Source: Catajapyx aquilonaris
Taxonomy: Eukaryota
Reading direction: 5' to 3'
DNA length: 36,384 nt
NCBI GenBank assembly: GCA_000934665.2
Contig: KZ539017.1
Coordinates: 1-36,384 of the forward strand
Made by a program: the position numbers and the translations under genes. Under the pieces are notes generated by a model, which was not told the DNA's origin, ran no database searches, and was given only the letters and a program-made list of their open reading frames with translations. This document shows positions 10,402 to 23,167 of the stretch, piece by piece (within the stretch, counting starts at the first letter, position 1; each line of letters begins with the position of its first letter).

Positions 10402-11548
10402 CTAGCAGGTGACCTGGCGTTGTCTGGGTGTGTTTTGGTTGTTCACAACCAAAACACACCCAGACAACGCCAGGGGTATCTATATTTGGAAATTTGTTTG
10501 TATAATTTGCGCAAAATTTGCAAAATAGGGTCGTCAGCGTGTCTTGGGAAGGCCAGGAAAATAGAACCAAAAATAGATAGTAAAGGAGAAAAAATATGGC
10601 AAAGAAAGAAAATTTTGGGGGAATAATGAACTCAAATCTACATAAGCACTGTAAGCTACTAGGTGGAACGTGTTGGTAATAAATATTTTATGGAAAAACG
10701 GGGAAGGGTCATACGGGTCATCAGGTCGAGGAATGGTCTGAGGTGGCCAGCCATGCCTCGGTTATCGGAGTCGACGCATATAATAGCCTAATTCCGGTAG
10801 GATGTGTAAAAAATGAATGTGGATAGCGGATTAAATGGCCCAAGAAAATACTGAATGGGCACTGTTTATTCTATTTTTTAAAAATATTGGTTTTCAATTG
10901 AAAACAAATATTTTCTCCCCCTCCACCTCGTCCTCTATGTTTGCCCTGAAGAAATGTGCCTATGCCAGGTGGTAAATTTGATATTTAACGTGGGGAATGT
11001 TGCATATAGGGTTTCATTTGTGTCTGGCAAGTCTACTTACAAATCCGACGAAATCCCGTGCAGTTTTTTATCCTGGCATGACTATACGATACAAACTCAT
11101 GTCAGGTGGCCATCGCTCCTCGGATAGCGCAGTTGATGGATGTGTTGAATTATTGAAGGACGTGTAAAAAAGGGCGTGAGACATTGATATGAATGGTGGC
11201 ATTTCCATCGGTAGGCTATACTTGAAAAATATTGTTGAAGGGAGATTGTGTTTATATTGATATGTTTATAAGGTTAAGTCGTTTATTGTTAAGGAAAGTA
11301 GGAAGAGGAAGCAGGAATATGCTTATTGTGGGAGTTAGGCTTATTTTCGGAAGCTGAAACATGTGGGATTAAATTCCTCGAAAAAAGTAATCCCTGATAT
11401 GTTAGTTTAAGGCGGTGCACTGCCTTAAACTAGCATATCAGGGGGGCCCTACACCGCGGTGTTAGTAGGGGCCTTCCGCTGGATTTCTGTAGCGAACAAG
11501 CACACACACACTCACGAACATCCTCATTTATAGATATGTAGATGTAGA
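10402..11548 (-). mobile_element. Non-autonomous Helitron-like element
   Basis: Minus strand has a 5' A|TCTAC end, a subterminal AC-repeat patch, and a 3' GC-rich stem followed by CTAG|T. Confidence 0.65.
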
Positions 11549-11589
11549 TTACATTTATTATTTTACATTAATACGAATTGCATGCAGTT

Positions 11590-12310
11590 ACGTGAGGGCA
11601 AATTAATAACAAGTCTCTTTGTTTTTTTTAAACAAACTCATTGAAAAGAACGTGCAGCGTATGGAATACTAAAATAAAAGAACATTCCGCTTTTGATAAG
11701 TTCCTGCCTACGCTGTGCTCACGTGAACTATTTTCAATGGCAGGTAGAATAATGGATTGGAATGGTGTCGGATACCCCAAGGGATACGCAGTAGATGTAA
11801 AAATAATAATCCCAGCATGTGCAGTACAAGTATGTGAAGGTGTGCGCCAATGGCATGTTTATTGGTGGCGTTGCGTTGGTCCAATATCTTCAGAGGCGGA
11901 GGTGTGATCGGGGAAACTGCATGTGCAGCGGTCCCATCTCTCGGAGGAATTCTAGCCAAAAACAACCATAATTTGATGTAACAGTACCTCGTTTCCCATT
12001 ACCACGGAAGTACTGAATACTTCCATGCCTAACAATGCAGCAGGTGAGCATGTGTAGAAACTTGGTAAAACTGTATCATGCAAGCACTTATGACCGCAAT
12101 CCAGACGTAGGATCTGCATTTACCTTTATGCAGAGGTATCTGATTTTCCTGCCTCTTAAGATCCTGCCAGAGCTTTTTGTTAGAGGATATAAGAGGCATT
12201 ATAATAGGAAAGGTATTGATCAACTTGTTTGAACAGTGGGCGAAGAGAATAAATTATTTAGGATCCTTTGAAAATTGCATGCCAAGTCCTGATGTACACC
12301 TCGAATCTTA
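11590..12310 (-). mobile_element. Possible highly degraded LINE reverse-transcriptase 3' remnant
   Basis: Fragmentary resemblance only: GVHQDLACNFQRILNNL near 12300 and ...LPAIENSS...LFNEF near 11640. Confidence 0.25.
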
Positions 12311-12765
12311 ATCTCAGATTTGGTAGGCTACCTTCACTTACATTGATTTGAGTATAACAACCCAGTTACATATTAATTTGCATCTGTTATTTTTAAGTCA
12401 ATACCACTTAACACTCACCATACAGTACGCATAAAATGACAATGTAATTTAGTGTTACTTTGGGGCGGCTCGTAGTTTAAAATGTCGCTGGAGTTAAAGA
12501 CATATCAGGTACATTTTACATGAGACGGAGGGAAAATTGCACTAATAATCTGGCTGACATGTGGGTGTACCCACAGCCTTAGATATCGACAGACACTGAA
12601 TTTCAAGCCACCATACACCACAGACACTGTACAGTATTTGTCACTCAACACTATACAACTGATACATATTTGCATTCCCATAACCCAACAATATGCCATG
12701 TGTGCAGAAAAATATTATTGTCTTACCATCAAGTTTAGGCGTTGCCCGACTCGGGTTACAATATA

Positions 12766-13006
12766 CAGGGTGTAATAAGTATCAGGGTTGCTTTTAGTTA
12801 TCGCTAATTTATCTCGAAGCTGTTTTTTTTGTGCAGCTTGTTGCTCCGTGATCCAGGTGCCCCATTATTACCAGGTGGTCGAACATGGCAGTGGTTATAT
12901 AATATATTGGGCACCTCCATAACCACAAGCCACAAGCTACAATAAAATAACAGCTTCGAGCGAAATATCCTACAACTGAAGCTACCCGCATACTTGGAAC
13001 ACCCTG
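12766..13006. mobile_element. Tc1/mariner-type MITE
   Basis: TA|CAGGGTGT...ACACCCTG|TA with degenerate ~33-bp TIRs. Confidence 0.75.
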
Positions 13007-14479
13007 TATACTGTACCTTTCTTGCTGTTGGGCTTCTCTGATTTAATACCCAGAGTGGCATGCACTTCTGAACTTGATTTGCTGGGAGTGAAGGTTTTGG
13101 TGTGGGTTTACAAGTATTTGTTCGACTTGAATTCTTCTGATAGAACCCTAGACAACGGGATGAGCTCAGCCGTTAACATGGCACAGTAATTTTGTTCGGG
13201 GAGGACAGAGGAGATAGTAGGATTTTATAAGATAGGCGTCGTGTGAGTTTGGAAGGAGGGCAGAAGAGGAGGGTATTATGGCTGACTTTGAATTAGCCCC
13301 ACTCTCCGCCCTCCGAAGTTAGGAGAGCTCAAATCTTGACCATAAATATGTGTACCGGTATGCTATATATAATTATTATGTATCATATTGCAAGTCTGTA
13401 TTTTGTAATATACCTCCCGAATGTAACGAAAAAGAAGTGATTTACCTGTGATGTTGGCCCCAAGTGACGAGCCGCCACTGCTTCTTCTATTTTTCAAACG
13501 GTATTCGACCACTGCATGTTTAGTAATTCTGATGGAACTTTAATGGTAATCACAATATTTATGAGTCAGAAAGACATGAAAAATACCAGCACTATTGTTA
13601 CTATTATTATTTGGACATAGATCCCGTTATAGACTGTGTGACAAGTCAGTGATACGCTTTTCTATTGTTTCTCTCACTAAATATGTGTAATTTCCTACAT
13701 GACACGTTTAGTAGTGCTTAGACGACACGTAGAAGCACCGTTAATTAAAATGAAACATCATCATGTGTATGCTTAGTTTCTATTACCGGATTCCAAAAGT
13801 AAGTAGTCTACTGTTTGGCAGTAAAAATCAACAAATTTCCACAAAATGAAGCATAGCTAATTGATAGAGCATACCTTTAGCCACGACCACATGCAAAGTC
13901 TGTCAAAGAAAGCATTTTACAAACTGTATCACCAGATTCTGGAAACCTACTAACAGCATCGGGCCGCCACTGAAACCTACTCTGTCTTCTCCTAGTCATT
14001 CTTTTATTCTAGCTTGTCATACAAATTTTGGAGGTGGCAAAACAAGTGAAGGTCATTTGAGAAAATGTCTGTAACATGGCTTGAACTGTTTGGAAAACTA
14101 TCAAAAATGATCCACATGAATATTTGGATGATTTTCATTGCCTTGCCACATTTAGAAACGTTTTTGCAGCCTAAAGCCTATGAGTGACCAAGATCAAGCT
14201 TAGGAGTGACCACGAGACGAAGCCAAAAGTGCTCAACACATGCTAACCAAATGTAGAATGGTCCAAAAATGCTATGATTGACATTATGTTTATGTAATGT
14301 CGTAACTAAATATTTGAGGAATCTTGTGGTTATGCAGATTTTTGGAGGAAATCATCTTTGAAATTTTACGGCCAAAACGCTACTTACGTACTTTCGGAAT
14401 GCTGAAATGTATTTCTAACATCTCATAAGGTTTACTTTCGTAGTCTATACCCAGTACATTGTCGGTTACTCTTTTTTTA

Positions 14480-14710
14480 CCTCACCCGCAAAGTACTGAC
14501 CCTATAGTAATAGATTCTGCAGCAAACGTACTTTGGAACATGCTTACACAGTACCGTAATAGCCCTCTGTATAGGCTTCCTATTAACTTTGCTTTTTAAC
14601 CGTGTTACACGTGGTGCCAATTTTCGAAAAGCCTGCCCGACGAAGAATATTGGATTTCGACACAGTGTTTTAGGTGAATGGTAGAGGACATGCTGCTTCA
14701 CCTTACTTAG
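14480..14710 (-). mobile_element. Possible degraded Penelope-like GIY-YIG endonuclease remnant
   Basis: HVLYH...C...FVGQAFRKLAPRV...TVLCKH loosely follows the VY..C..YVGQT.R.L..R...TAL.KH pattern. Confidence 0.3.
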
Positions 14711-15191
14711 ACAAGCTTTCTTTCAGTGTCCTTCCGTAAAAAATAAATCAAAAAAGGGCGCAGTTACAGTATAAGCCAAAAGTGACTGTCATTGATGAAG
14801 AATATTTAATGTTAATAACTACTTCATCAAGATGCACAATTCAACGCGCCATAAGTGTAGTACATGAACTCTCTGTTTCATGAACTGTACTATCTGCTCC
14901 TACTAGACTTGAAAATATGGGTATAACTTAATCTAGTAAATCCTGATGAAAAATAATAATGTTAATGCGACTACCGTTATAATCTGTACATAGTGGAAGT
15001 ATCTATTTCAAGGCTTCCGAGATTTTCATTCTGTAAACTATGAGGGTGTAATTTCTTTATGTCTTCTCTCATGACTTTGTAGGTCACCTATGAATAAAAT
15101 AATCACAAGCATTAATAATTGAAGCACCAATCCTATACAGGCATTATTTTTCCGGAGAAATGATTATGGCTTCATTTATAGATGCGATAAC

Positions 15192-15326
15192 ACGAATATT
15201 GTTCCACCAGTTTTTTTTCTAGAATAATTAAGTAAAGAGAACTTATTGGGAAAGCCTGTGTGGCTTTCCCAATAAGTTCTCTTTACTTAATTATTCTAGA
15301 AAAAAAACTGGTGGAACAATATTCGT
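15192..15326. repeat. Perfect palindrome, 65-bp arms and 5-nt loop
   Basis: 15192-15256 is the exact reverse complement of 15262-15326. Confidence 0.95.
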
Positions 15327-16102
15327 CCCCTAATTACGTATATTACTCTAAATATTTTCGAGTGTTTTCCACTCTACATGAGTGCTTTTTCACTCTTTCT
15401 TCCACTTGATTTGACTTCCCCTCATTTTGAGTAAAATCACTGGATCGCTTGAGTGAATATTTGCATTCAAATTGAGTGAAATGACCATCAATTCGAGTGA
15501 AGCCACCACTTTTAGCATGTTGTATTTCACTCGATAGTTGAGTGAATCTCTTCTCCCCTCTCCCCACCCACCTGCCACTCCACCTTCCACCCTGTGATGG
15601 AAAGAAGTCATTGCACAAAAAAAAAAAAAAATCAGCAGAACTCTTTTTTTTTTTGTTTTCCGAATTTCAATTATCGTGACACAAATTCTGCTTACAGCTG
15701 CGTGCTGTGTTTCATGCGTTGGTCACACTCGAGTATGTGCTCCATTCCAAAATAGTACCTGTACATCTCCATGAACTCTTTAAAAAATTCGAGATCACTG
15801 TTGTACACCACCAAATGACCTTTTGACACTCACTGCGACACTATACCTGATCTGAAATGGAACCACCCTCTGCTAAAAGTAGTATGATCTTCTGTCTTTC
15901 GTCACATCGATAAAAAATTGCCGCCAAGCTCAAGGTGACATTTTAACTTTTCCGGCGAGTATGTAAGTATCTTTTGCAAAATTTCTGACGAGTCGAATAT
16001 CTCATGCTGCGTAACCGCTCCGGCACTGTATATATAGTACAAGAGGTTACGGTATACTATCACGCCTGTTTTGATGGAATAATTAGGATGGTTTTTAAAA
16101 AG

Positions 16103-16774
16103 GGGGCCGCACTTGCCCCTAACTAGACATGGTCAGGGGCAACCGGGCAAGTGCGTACCCAATTAATACGGGTATATGGATCGAAATGCAATATTGGAGG
16201 AATAAAGCTAGCGGTCGACAAAAGAGACGACAAGACATCTTTTTGGGGTCACCAATGGATATTCTGCGACTGGCGACATGCTAATTTCGAACACGGGTGT
16301 GAAAACACTTCCACATAATGCATGTTAATCAGATAATGTCAGTAGACTCAGTACTGTTAACCAATCTGTTGCAGAGTAGTGAATAAAAGTTCGTCCTGTA
16401 AGAACTTTTTGGCATTTTAAATGCGGAATATACAGACTGACTGAGGAAGTTTGTGTCTTTGTGGCACTAGTCCTGTGCAACCCGAGAAATGTTTATTACT
16501 CTGAGAGAATTCCACAATCGCACTTACCCCATATCGTGGGGCAAGTACGGCACTGTGCACCATGTGCATATTTTATTTATTTTTCGGAGCACCCACATAG
16601 ATGAATGTTATGCAATAAGCTACTTTGAAAGCCAATAAGGTAAGGTATGTACACTATTCTCGTATTGTCCATTATCTATTTTTCTCGCTTGCTAATTACT
16701 GAGGAAGTGGCATGCCTTTAAAGTTTAAACTGCACCTAATCAAAATCCGGCCGCACTTACCCGCACTTACCCTA
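16103..16774. mobile_element. Degenerate MITE-like element with repeated CGCACTT(A/G)CCC motifs
   Basis: The motif occurs in both orientations near 16105, 16145, 16519, 16538 and 16750-16773. Exact ends are uncertain. Confidence 0.4.
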
Positions 16775-16824
16775 CTTGAACCTCACTGTTTTGTCATTTT
16801 TTCCGTACCAAGAATCATCAATAG

Positions 16825-16934
16825 CAGGGATGGAAAAAGAACCGCTTCTTGGAAGGAAGCGGTTCTTTTTTCCATGTTCAGGGTTGGAAAAAAGAACCGC
16901 TTCCTTCCAAGAAGCGGTTCTTTTTCCATCCCTG
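16825..16934. mobile_element. 110-bp hAT-type MITE with 8-bp TSD ATCAATAG
   Basis: CAGGG...CCCTG termini, perfect 50-bp arms, and identical 8-mers at 16817-16824 and 16935-16942. Confidence 0.88.
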
Positions 16935-17005
16935 ATCAATAGTCTTGCGTGACATATGCACAGTCTCAAACATAATTTAGGTAGGCTACACATCTGGCAA
17001 TAATA

Positions 17006-17587
17006 CAGTAAAACTTCTATAAGTCGAACTTCCCTAAGTCGAAGTTCTCTATAAGTCGAAGAAAATGACGAGCTTGGTTGGTCACAATGTAAAATAATAG
17101 GAAATAAACTTCCCTAACTCGAATTTCTATAACTCGAAGTGCAGGCAGGGCCTTACGATGGGATATCAATGCATTTTCAGTCTCCCAAAGTCCAAGTTCA
17201 TGTTGGCGAGTACGGAAAATTTTCTCATTTCCCAGCCGAAGGGTCGAGAGTAGGCCACATGTACAGAAAGGCTCAATTTCCTGATCTCCGTCTACCAGAC
17301 GTACTCAAAGAAGAGTTTGACTCGATTGTGACAATTGAATCCTTGAATTTAAGAGTTGGCAAATGTCCACAATGGCGTTTTTTTACAACAAAACAAGGAG
17401 GAACGTTGTAAGTGTGATAGTGACAGTTATTTTTAAGTTTTGAACACCTTTCGTCGCTGGATATAAAGGTAGGCTTCCTTATAGAGTTATGTGCTTTAAA
17501 AAATCAAAACTTCTCTTACTCGAATCTTCCATAACTCGAAGTTTTTTTTCCGGTCTCATGGAGATTCGACTTATAGAAGTTTTACTG
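17006..17587. mobile_element. pogo/Tigger-like MITE
   Basis: Perfect 23-bp TIR CAGTAAAACTTCTATAAGTCGAA, left TA flank, and subterminal TAA(G/C)TCGAA repeats. Confidence 0.85.
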
Positions 17588-18044
17588 ATTGATGCTTCAA
17601 TCAACTGGTTCTTAGAAGTTTCTAAAGTCAGGTTCAGACACTCTGTGTGATTTTGTTACGTCCACACAAATTTCGCATTTACTTTAAATGATAAATAGGC
17701 AGACAAATAAAATCGCACTTATGTGGAATGATGGTATGTAGCCTGGACTATCCAATTCCGTTGCGAACTAATTTTTCGATATTTTCGAAGGTACGGTGCC
17801 CGTTCATATTATTAGGACCACTTGTAAAAGTAACGCTTTTAGGACTCTATGCGGCGTCAATCACAATCTATGTGCATGTGAGTAGCTGGGAAGCTTCCTG
17901 AAATATACAGTACATAGATTTTGGTAGCACTCATTAATTTTCCAATCATATTTCAGTTTCACTCATTACAGTAAATTCCAATCATAATTAATATTTTGTG
18001 ACACTGCTGAAAGCTAAGGGGGTTAGCTTTCAGCAGTGCCTTAA

Positions 18045-18325
18045 TATTTCTCCGAGGCATGCCGTTGATGCATTTCTGTGCCTGACTTTTAATTTCTGGA
18101 TCCCTATGCCACACATCAATGAGCCTCTCAATTAGTTCCCTCTTATAGGTAATGGGCTTCTGATTTACTTTCCTCTACACCAAGTCCCAAACATTTTCAA
18201 TCGGATTCATGTCCGGTGAGTTGCCAGGCCACATGTGGCAGAAGTGGAATCTTTTTCAATTTTAAAAACTTCAGAACACTTTTGGCGGTATGGCAAGGAG
18301 CACCATCTTGCATAAAAATGTGATA
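18045..18325 (-). pseudogene. Tc1-family DDE transposase remnant
   Basis: Reads FMQDGAPCHTAKSV...WPGNSPDMNPIENVW...ELIERLIDVW...MPRR, with a stop and frameshifts. Confidence 0.85.
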
Positions 18326-20033
18326 GAGATGGTGCTAATTTTGTATGTTTCAGGAGCATTTCCTATGTGAAGCTGCTGCTCAGCTCAGGTGGTCCTAATA
18401 ATATGAACAGGAACTGTAGACTGCATGTTGTGATAATGACATACTAAATTTTAGTACTGCAGGAAGTACTGCACTACTTGTGCACTACCGACACCATTTC
18501 CTTCTGCGTTGTCGTGGCAGACGTTTTGACCCTCGCGAAGCACGCGGGTTTGCTGCTGGCAGGGCTGACAGGAAATAAAATAATAAAAGGGACTTACGTA
18601 TGTTACTGCTACCTGTGGACACAAGTGAAACAGCGTCTCTCTCCGGAAAGTAGACCTTGTCTTGCCACATCCTTTGGAGCGAGCATGAACTCTATTTCAT
18701 ACTAGTGTCTGACAAAACCATTATTAGCATAAATTATAACACTATACGATGACATTAAGTGCTGTATACAGAGGCAAAAGGGGGCACGGGGCACGGTCGT
18801 CCACAAAAAGGTGCACACTGGTTCATGGACCACGGTGCCCCAAAGGGCAACAACTGACATGATGTTATGAATCGTAGCTTCCATTGCAAATGACGCTTTC
18901 AAAATTTCTAGCATTATTTTATGCACAAAGGATGACACTATTCAACAACATTTTTACATTGGCATTTAAACTGTGGGTTAGAAGTTAGGCTACTTCACTA
19001 CCCTTCAAATATATTTCCCCTGATACAGCAGGATCGCAGGCATCTCACAGGTGGCTGTCATGTTGGCAAGATGCACAATATAGTGGCCTGTTTCACGAGG
19101 TATACTGTACCATATAATTATGAAGACATTATGCCGGTTTCTTGTGTCGTTTTTTTAATGGAAAGGACCACTGTGCCCCGGTCTCCCCAACAATAGATGA
19201 AGGTATAACTTGATAAGGAGAGTCGGCAGCCCTAAACAGTTTGTCATATTAGAGAATGACAGTGAAGTACTGAAGTGACACTCATCTGATTCACGACGGT
19301 ATAATAATGCCCCAGAAGGCCCATCTGGAGTGTATTTCTGACTCATATTCCATTCGCTTCTGAACAGGCGTGGCATGATCTCTGATTTTGAGTTATAGTT
19401 TTAGCATATTGAAGAGTGGACATGCACAAGAAGTGCCAAAATGATAAAGTCCACTTTAGCATGATACACTGCTCAATGCTGTTTTCTCCTGTTTTCTCCA
19501 ATTTTGTATTTTGTCCTATCCTCCGAATGTACACCATTATTCCCATGAAATTGGCACTCTTCAAGTAAGAGAAAGTGGTTCGAGCCCTGGTGGCCAGATG
19601 TCGCCTGAGTCGCATTCGCATCATTATCGGCAATCCATATGGCAATCCTTGTTAGACACACCCTGCATTTTACGCCAATTATATTTATTTAATTGGTGTA
19701 CATGCCCACCAAGTACATCTAGGTGCACCTGGTCAGGACCTGGTGAACAGTGATTGAAGCGACTGTGAATAGAAGGGTGGATATTTGGTTGGTAACAGGC
19801 AAAGCATATGTGTACCGTGTGTACCCCATGTTTTTAGTTTACTTGAGCTTGCATGACTCTGATTAACTGTAAGCTGGTTGTACAGTACAAGTAATTGGGC
19901 ATTGCTGATTGTGCATACTAGTATGTAAGACATGCGTACACCAGGTGCTGGTTACGCTGGCCTAGTCATACACAGTGTACTGATAGATTGATTTCACAGG
20001 TTATGGTTGATTACACTATGCTGAGAAATAATT

Positions 20034-20069
20034 ATGGCTGCAGTCATGATGGACATTGAAGAGGTTAGG
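20034..20069 (+). CDS. F-box/LRR gene, first coding exon (MAAVMMDIEEVR)
   Basis: ATG downstream of an in-frame TGA (20022); AGG|gtaagc donor; 65-nt phase-0 intron to tttcag|20135. An acceptor at 19999 suggests a non-coding upstream exon. Confidence 0.65.
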
Positions 20070-20134
20070 GTAAGCCATGGTATACTAATATACTAATTAA
20101 ATAAATAGTATACTAATTCTGCCATATCTTTCAG

Positions 20135-21154
20135 GCTAGAGATGGCGGTTTGCCAGACGAAATGCTGCTGAAAATATTCTCTCATCTATCCCAAGATGAC
20201 CTGAACAGGGTATTCTCGGTGTCCAGACGATGGGGGAGGGTGGCGCAAGATCCTCTTCTGTGGCGAAAGACACGTGTCGACCTTAACAAGATGGGAGAGG
20301 AGAGAGCCCTGAGTCTAGTTCGGACTGTGGCGCCTCACATTCGTTTTCTGACACTTGTCAGTTGGTCCAGGATCACGTGTGACCCCATTCTTGAGGCAGT
20401 GTCCAATATTGTGAATCTCAAAATGATGGGTGTCACTATTAAGAAAGAGAGCAGTCTTGCTGGTCTTGTTTCAAGAAGTGAGCACCTGAAGAACGTCCAT
20501 ATTCGGCGATGCCAGTTTCCTCTTTGGAAAAAGAACCTGGTGGACATCTTTGTCCACTGTGCGTACCTGGAAAACATCACCCTGGTCAACGGTGGCTTCT
20601 ACTATATGCCGAACAGAAATTTGCATCCCTCATTGGAAAACCTCCAGTGTGTCACCCTATACCACGACGGCCACCCAGGGGCAATTGAGCTGGGACTGTT
20701 CGCCTCGTGTTCCATGGACCACATGCGACACCTCTCCATTAGTCTTGATCTCTACATTTCCTTTGCTCTTGTTGCTAATCGTTTCCGGAATCTGGAATCC
20801 CTGGACCTCACCCGCAGCCGCATCACTGACAATGGACTTGTAGAATGTGTCGGTAGGTTGTTACACCTGCGTCACCTGTCCATGCATCTCTCGTGCCAAT
20901 CCCCTACTCCAAATGCGTTCAAGACCTTCTTCTCCTTGTCTCATATCCATCTCCAATTGGAGACACTCAAGCTTAGTGACATTACCAAACTGGACGATAG
21001 CTGCCTGGAAGTTATTGCTAACTGTGTGTCACTCCAGGAGGTTGTGCTTATCAGGTGCGACAACATCACCCAGACCGGACTGAACTTACTAAAAATCCAC
21101 GTGCCCAAAGTGACGGCAATCCAATGCCAAGGAGTCCCATTTGTGCAGCCTTAA
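20135..21154 (+). CDS. F-box/leucine-rich-repeat protein (FBXL-like), main exon; ~351 aa in total
   Basis: F-box LPDEMLLKIFSHL...VSRRWGRVAQDPLLWR. Cys-type LRRs LESLDLTRSRITDNGL, LETLKLSDITKLDDSCL and LQEVVLIRCDNITQTGL. Confidence 0.9.
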   Translation, partial: ARDGGLPDEMLLKIFSHLSQDDLNRVFSVSRRWGRVAQDPLLWRKTRVDLNKMGEERALSLVRTVAPHIRFLTLVSWSRITCDPILEAVSNIVNLKMMGVTIKKESSLAGLVSRSEHLKNVHIRRCQFPLWKKNLVDIFVHCAYLENITLVNGGFYYMPNRNLHPSLENLQCVTLYHDGHPGAIELGLFASCSMDHMRHLSISLDLYISFALVANRFRNLESLDLTRSRITDNGLVECVGRLLHLRHLSMHLSCQSPTPNAFKTFFSLSHIHLQLETLKLSDITKLDDSCLEVIANCVSLQEVVLIRCDNITQTGLNLLKIHVPKVTAIQCQGVPFVQP

Positions 21155-21173
21155 CTATTTAAGGACATATGTA

Positions 21174-21289
21174 CAGGGTGGCCCAAAAATTTGGGAACAT
21201 AGGTAATTGTATTGTATTGTTGCTTGGCAACTGGCAACCAACACTGTAATACAATTACCTAGATGTGTCGAGACTTTTGGGCCACCATG
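21174..21289. mobile_element. Short Tc1/mariner-type MITE, 20 bp after the FBXL stop
   Basis: TA|CAGGGTGGCCCAAAA...TTTTGGGCCACCATG|TA with an internal inverted GGTAATTGTATT/AATACAATTACC. Confidence 0.8.
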
Positions 21290-22267
21290 TATTTTTGCTA
21301 CATGCTCATTTCTAGGTGGCAGAGTAATTTTTATAAATGAAGACCTCAGGGAAAGAATGATCAAGGTCCACTTTTAGTCAAAAATTAGTTACATATTGCA
21401 GAAGATAGTTTCACTAGCGTAGCATAATTATGATGGTTTGGTTTTGGTTGTGGAGTAATGATCATGAGTCACTATGGAAGGCTCCAAAAGTGGGATTTAC
21501 AATAGAACCTTATGGGTCTTCGAAATTTGAATATTCAGGTGGATCTTGATCTTTCTTCCCCTGAGGTCTTCAAATGCACTTTATGTCTAACTCTCGGATA
21601 GCTCTTCAAGGTATTACCAGTTTGGGTTACAACTGATAAACTGATGTTTATGTAGGTTTATATGTATCATGTTTTAATGGTAGAAATGAGGTGGTTATTG
21701 TTTTCTTTTCGGTTGTTAGAGTTTTCCAACACTACCAGTTTAATCTCAGTCAGTATTCTTTGTAGGATTTGTGCAAATTTATAGGCCTAATTTTTCGCAC
21801 ACTTTGAGTTTAAATGTGAGAGGAGTGAAAAAGCTGTGCGTAAATCTAGGTAGTATTACTTCGTTGAAGTCAAGCATGTAAAGAAGGACTTGGTTGAATG
21901 TATTTATTATAATGTTCCTAATAATGTAGTGTAAATGTGAGTGGTAGTGAAAGGCCCAAAAGAGAGGACCAAGAGGCACTTAAAATAAGTAAAAAAAGAC
22001 AAATAAATTTAAATTTATGTCAATAAAGGATACATGTAATGAAACTGGTGTCGTAATTATTCTTAAACTTGTTGGTTTTCCTGTGTGATTAAGCCATGCA
22101 GGAAGTGCTGTTAAATAACTCCAAAAGTGACTGCAATTTCCACAGCTTGACATGTAACAATAATCTTACCAAGATGTCAAATCACAGGAAAATTGCTCTG
22201 TGCAAGTTAAAATAATTTGTCTAATGAGCTCAAGGGACCTTAGACTGTCCGGGAAGGATACAAGGCA

Positions 22268-22459
22268 TTGACCGTGGTTTTCTGTGGTTTCCCACGGTCC
22301 TTCCAGGGAAATTCCGGAGTTGTTTCCGTAATTAATAGGCCACAGCCGCTTCCTTCCGTCCCTATCCTATCCCAAAGAGCACAGTAAAATGAAAAGCAAA
22401 GAGTTCCAGGCAAAACAAACTTCCCCCCTAAAGAGCCGATGGCTGATAACGGGGTATGA

Positions 22460-22533
<74 letters not shown>
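22268..22533 (+). mobile_element. SINE body remnant with (TTA)n tail
   Basis: GGTTTTCTGTGGTTTCCC...TAGGCCACAGCCGCTTCCTTCC resembles a core common in insect SINEs (from recall). (TTA)n at 22460-22533. Confidence 0.6.
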
Positions 22534-22534
<1 letters not shown>

Positions 22535-23167
22535 CTCTACATATTGTGTGCTGCTTCAAGTAAGATTAATCAAGGTAAGTGAATTTACCATAAATTTTTA
22601 GTTTCTCTCCTAGATAAAGTCTGTTACTTGGTCTGTTACATTTCTTTGTTGGCGAGACATGCGTACGCATTGACATGTTTGTGTATGTTAGAAATGATTT
22701 CCAACGTCCCGTAATAGTCCAATTTGTGTACTTGCTGATGCCGATGCCAGTAATGACGCCATTATCGATTCTTGGCGGACATTTACTGTCTCATTCTCTC
22801 TACTCAACCAGCAGACGCATTGTTTTGAAATGGTCACTTAGAAGTGCAATGACTGGTTTTGGATGCAGATAATGATATTATGAATTATGTTGTGGATGAT
22901 TTCGACCTTGCTCTTATTGTTGTGACCTCATACATAGGCAAACCATTTATTTCAAATTGGAGCTGCGTGCCCTTGAAGTTCCATCAATTACAACTATTTG
23001 GCTTTATTTTTAGACTGCTAACACGTAAAGCTTTCCAAGGCAAAGAAAAGCTGAGGTCCATGCACAACTTATGTGCAAGAACGTAATAACAAGTAGTCTA
23101 TAAAGGGTCATTATTTTGGCATTGCCTACTGTATAATCTCTGATTTGCGCTTCAAGTATACTGTATA

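Noticed and set aside
17020..17140. Spaced short repeats resembling a CRISPR array
   Set aside because: Eukaryotic context with irregular spacing; these are subterminal repeats of a pogo-like MITE.
18960..19680. Possible degraded Gypsy/Ginger integrase on the minus strand (LLEECQFHGNNGVH...RTKYKI)
   Set aside because: Resemblance too fragmentary to support without a profile search.
21500..21980. Possible Penelope GIY-YIG remnant on the minus strand (QTGNTLK...RHK)
   Set aside because: Only one short motif amid many stops.
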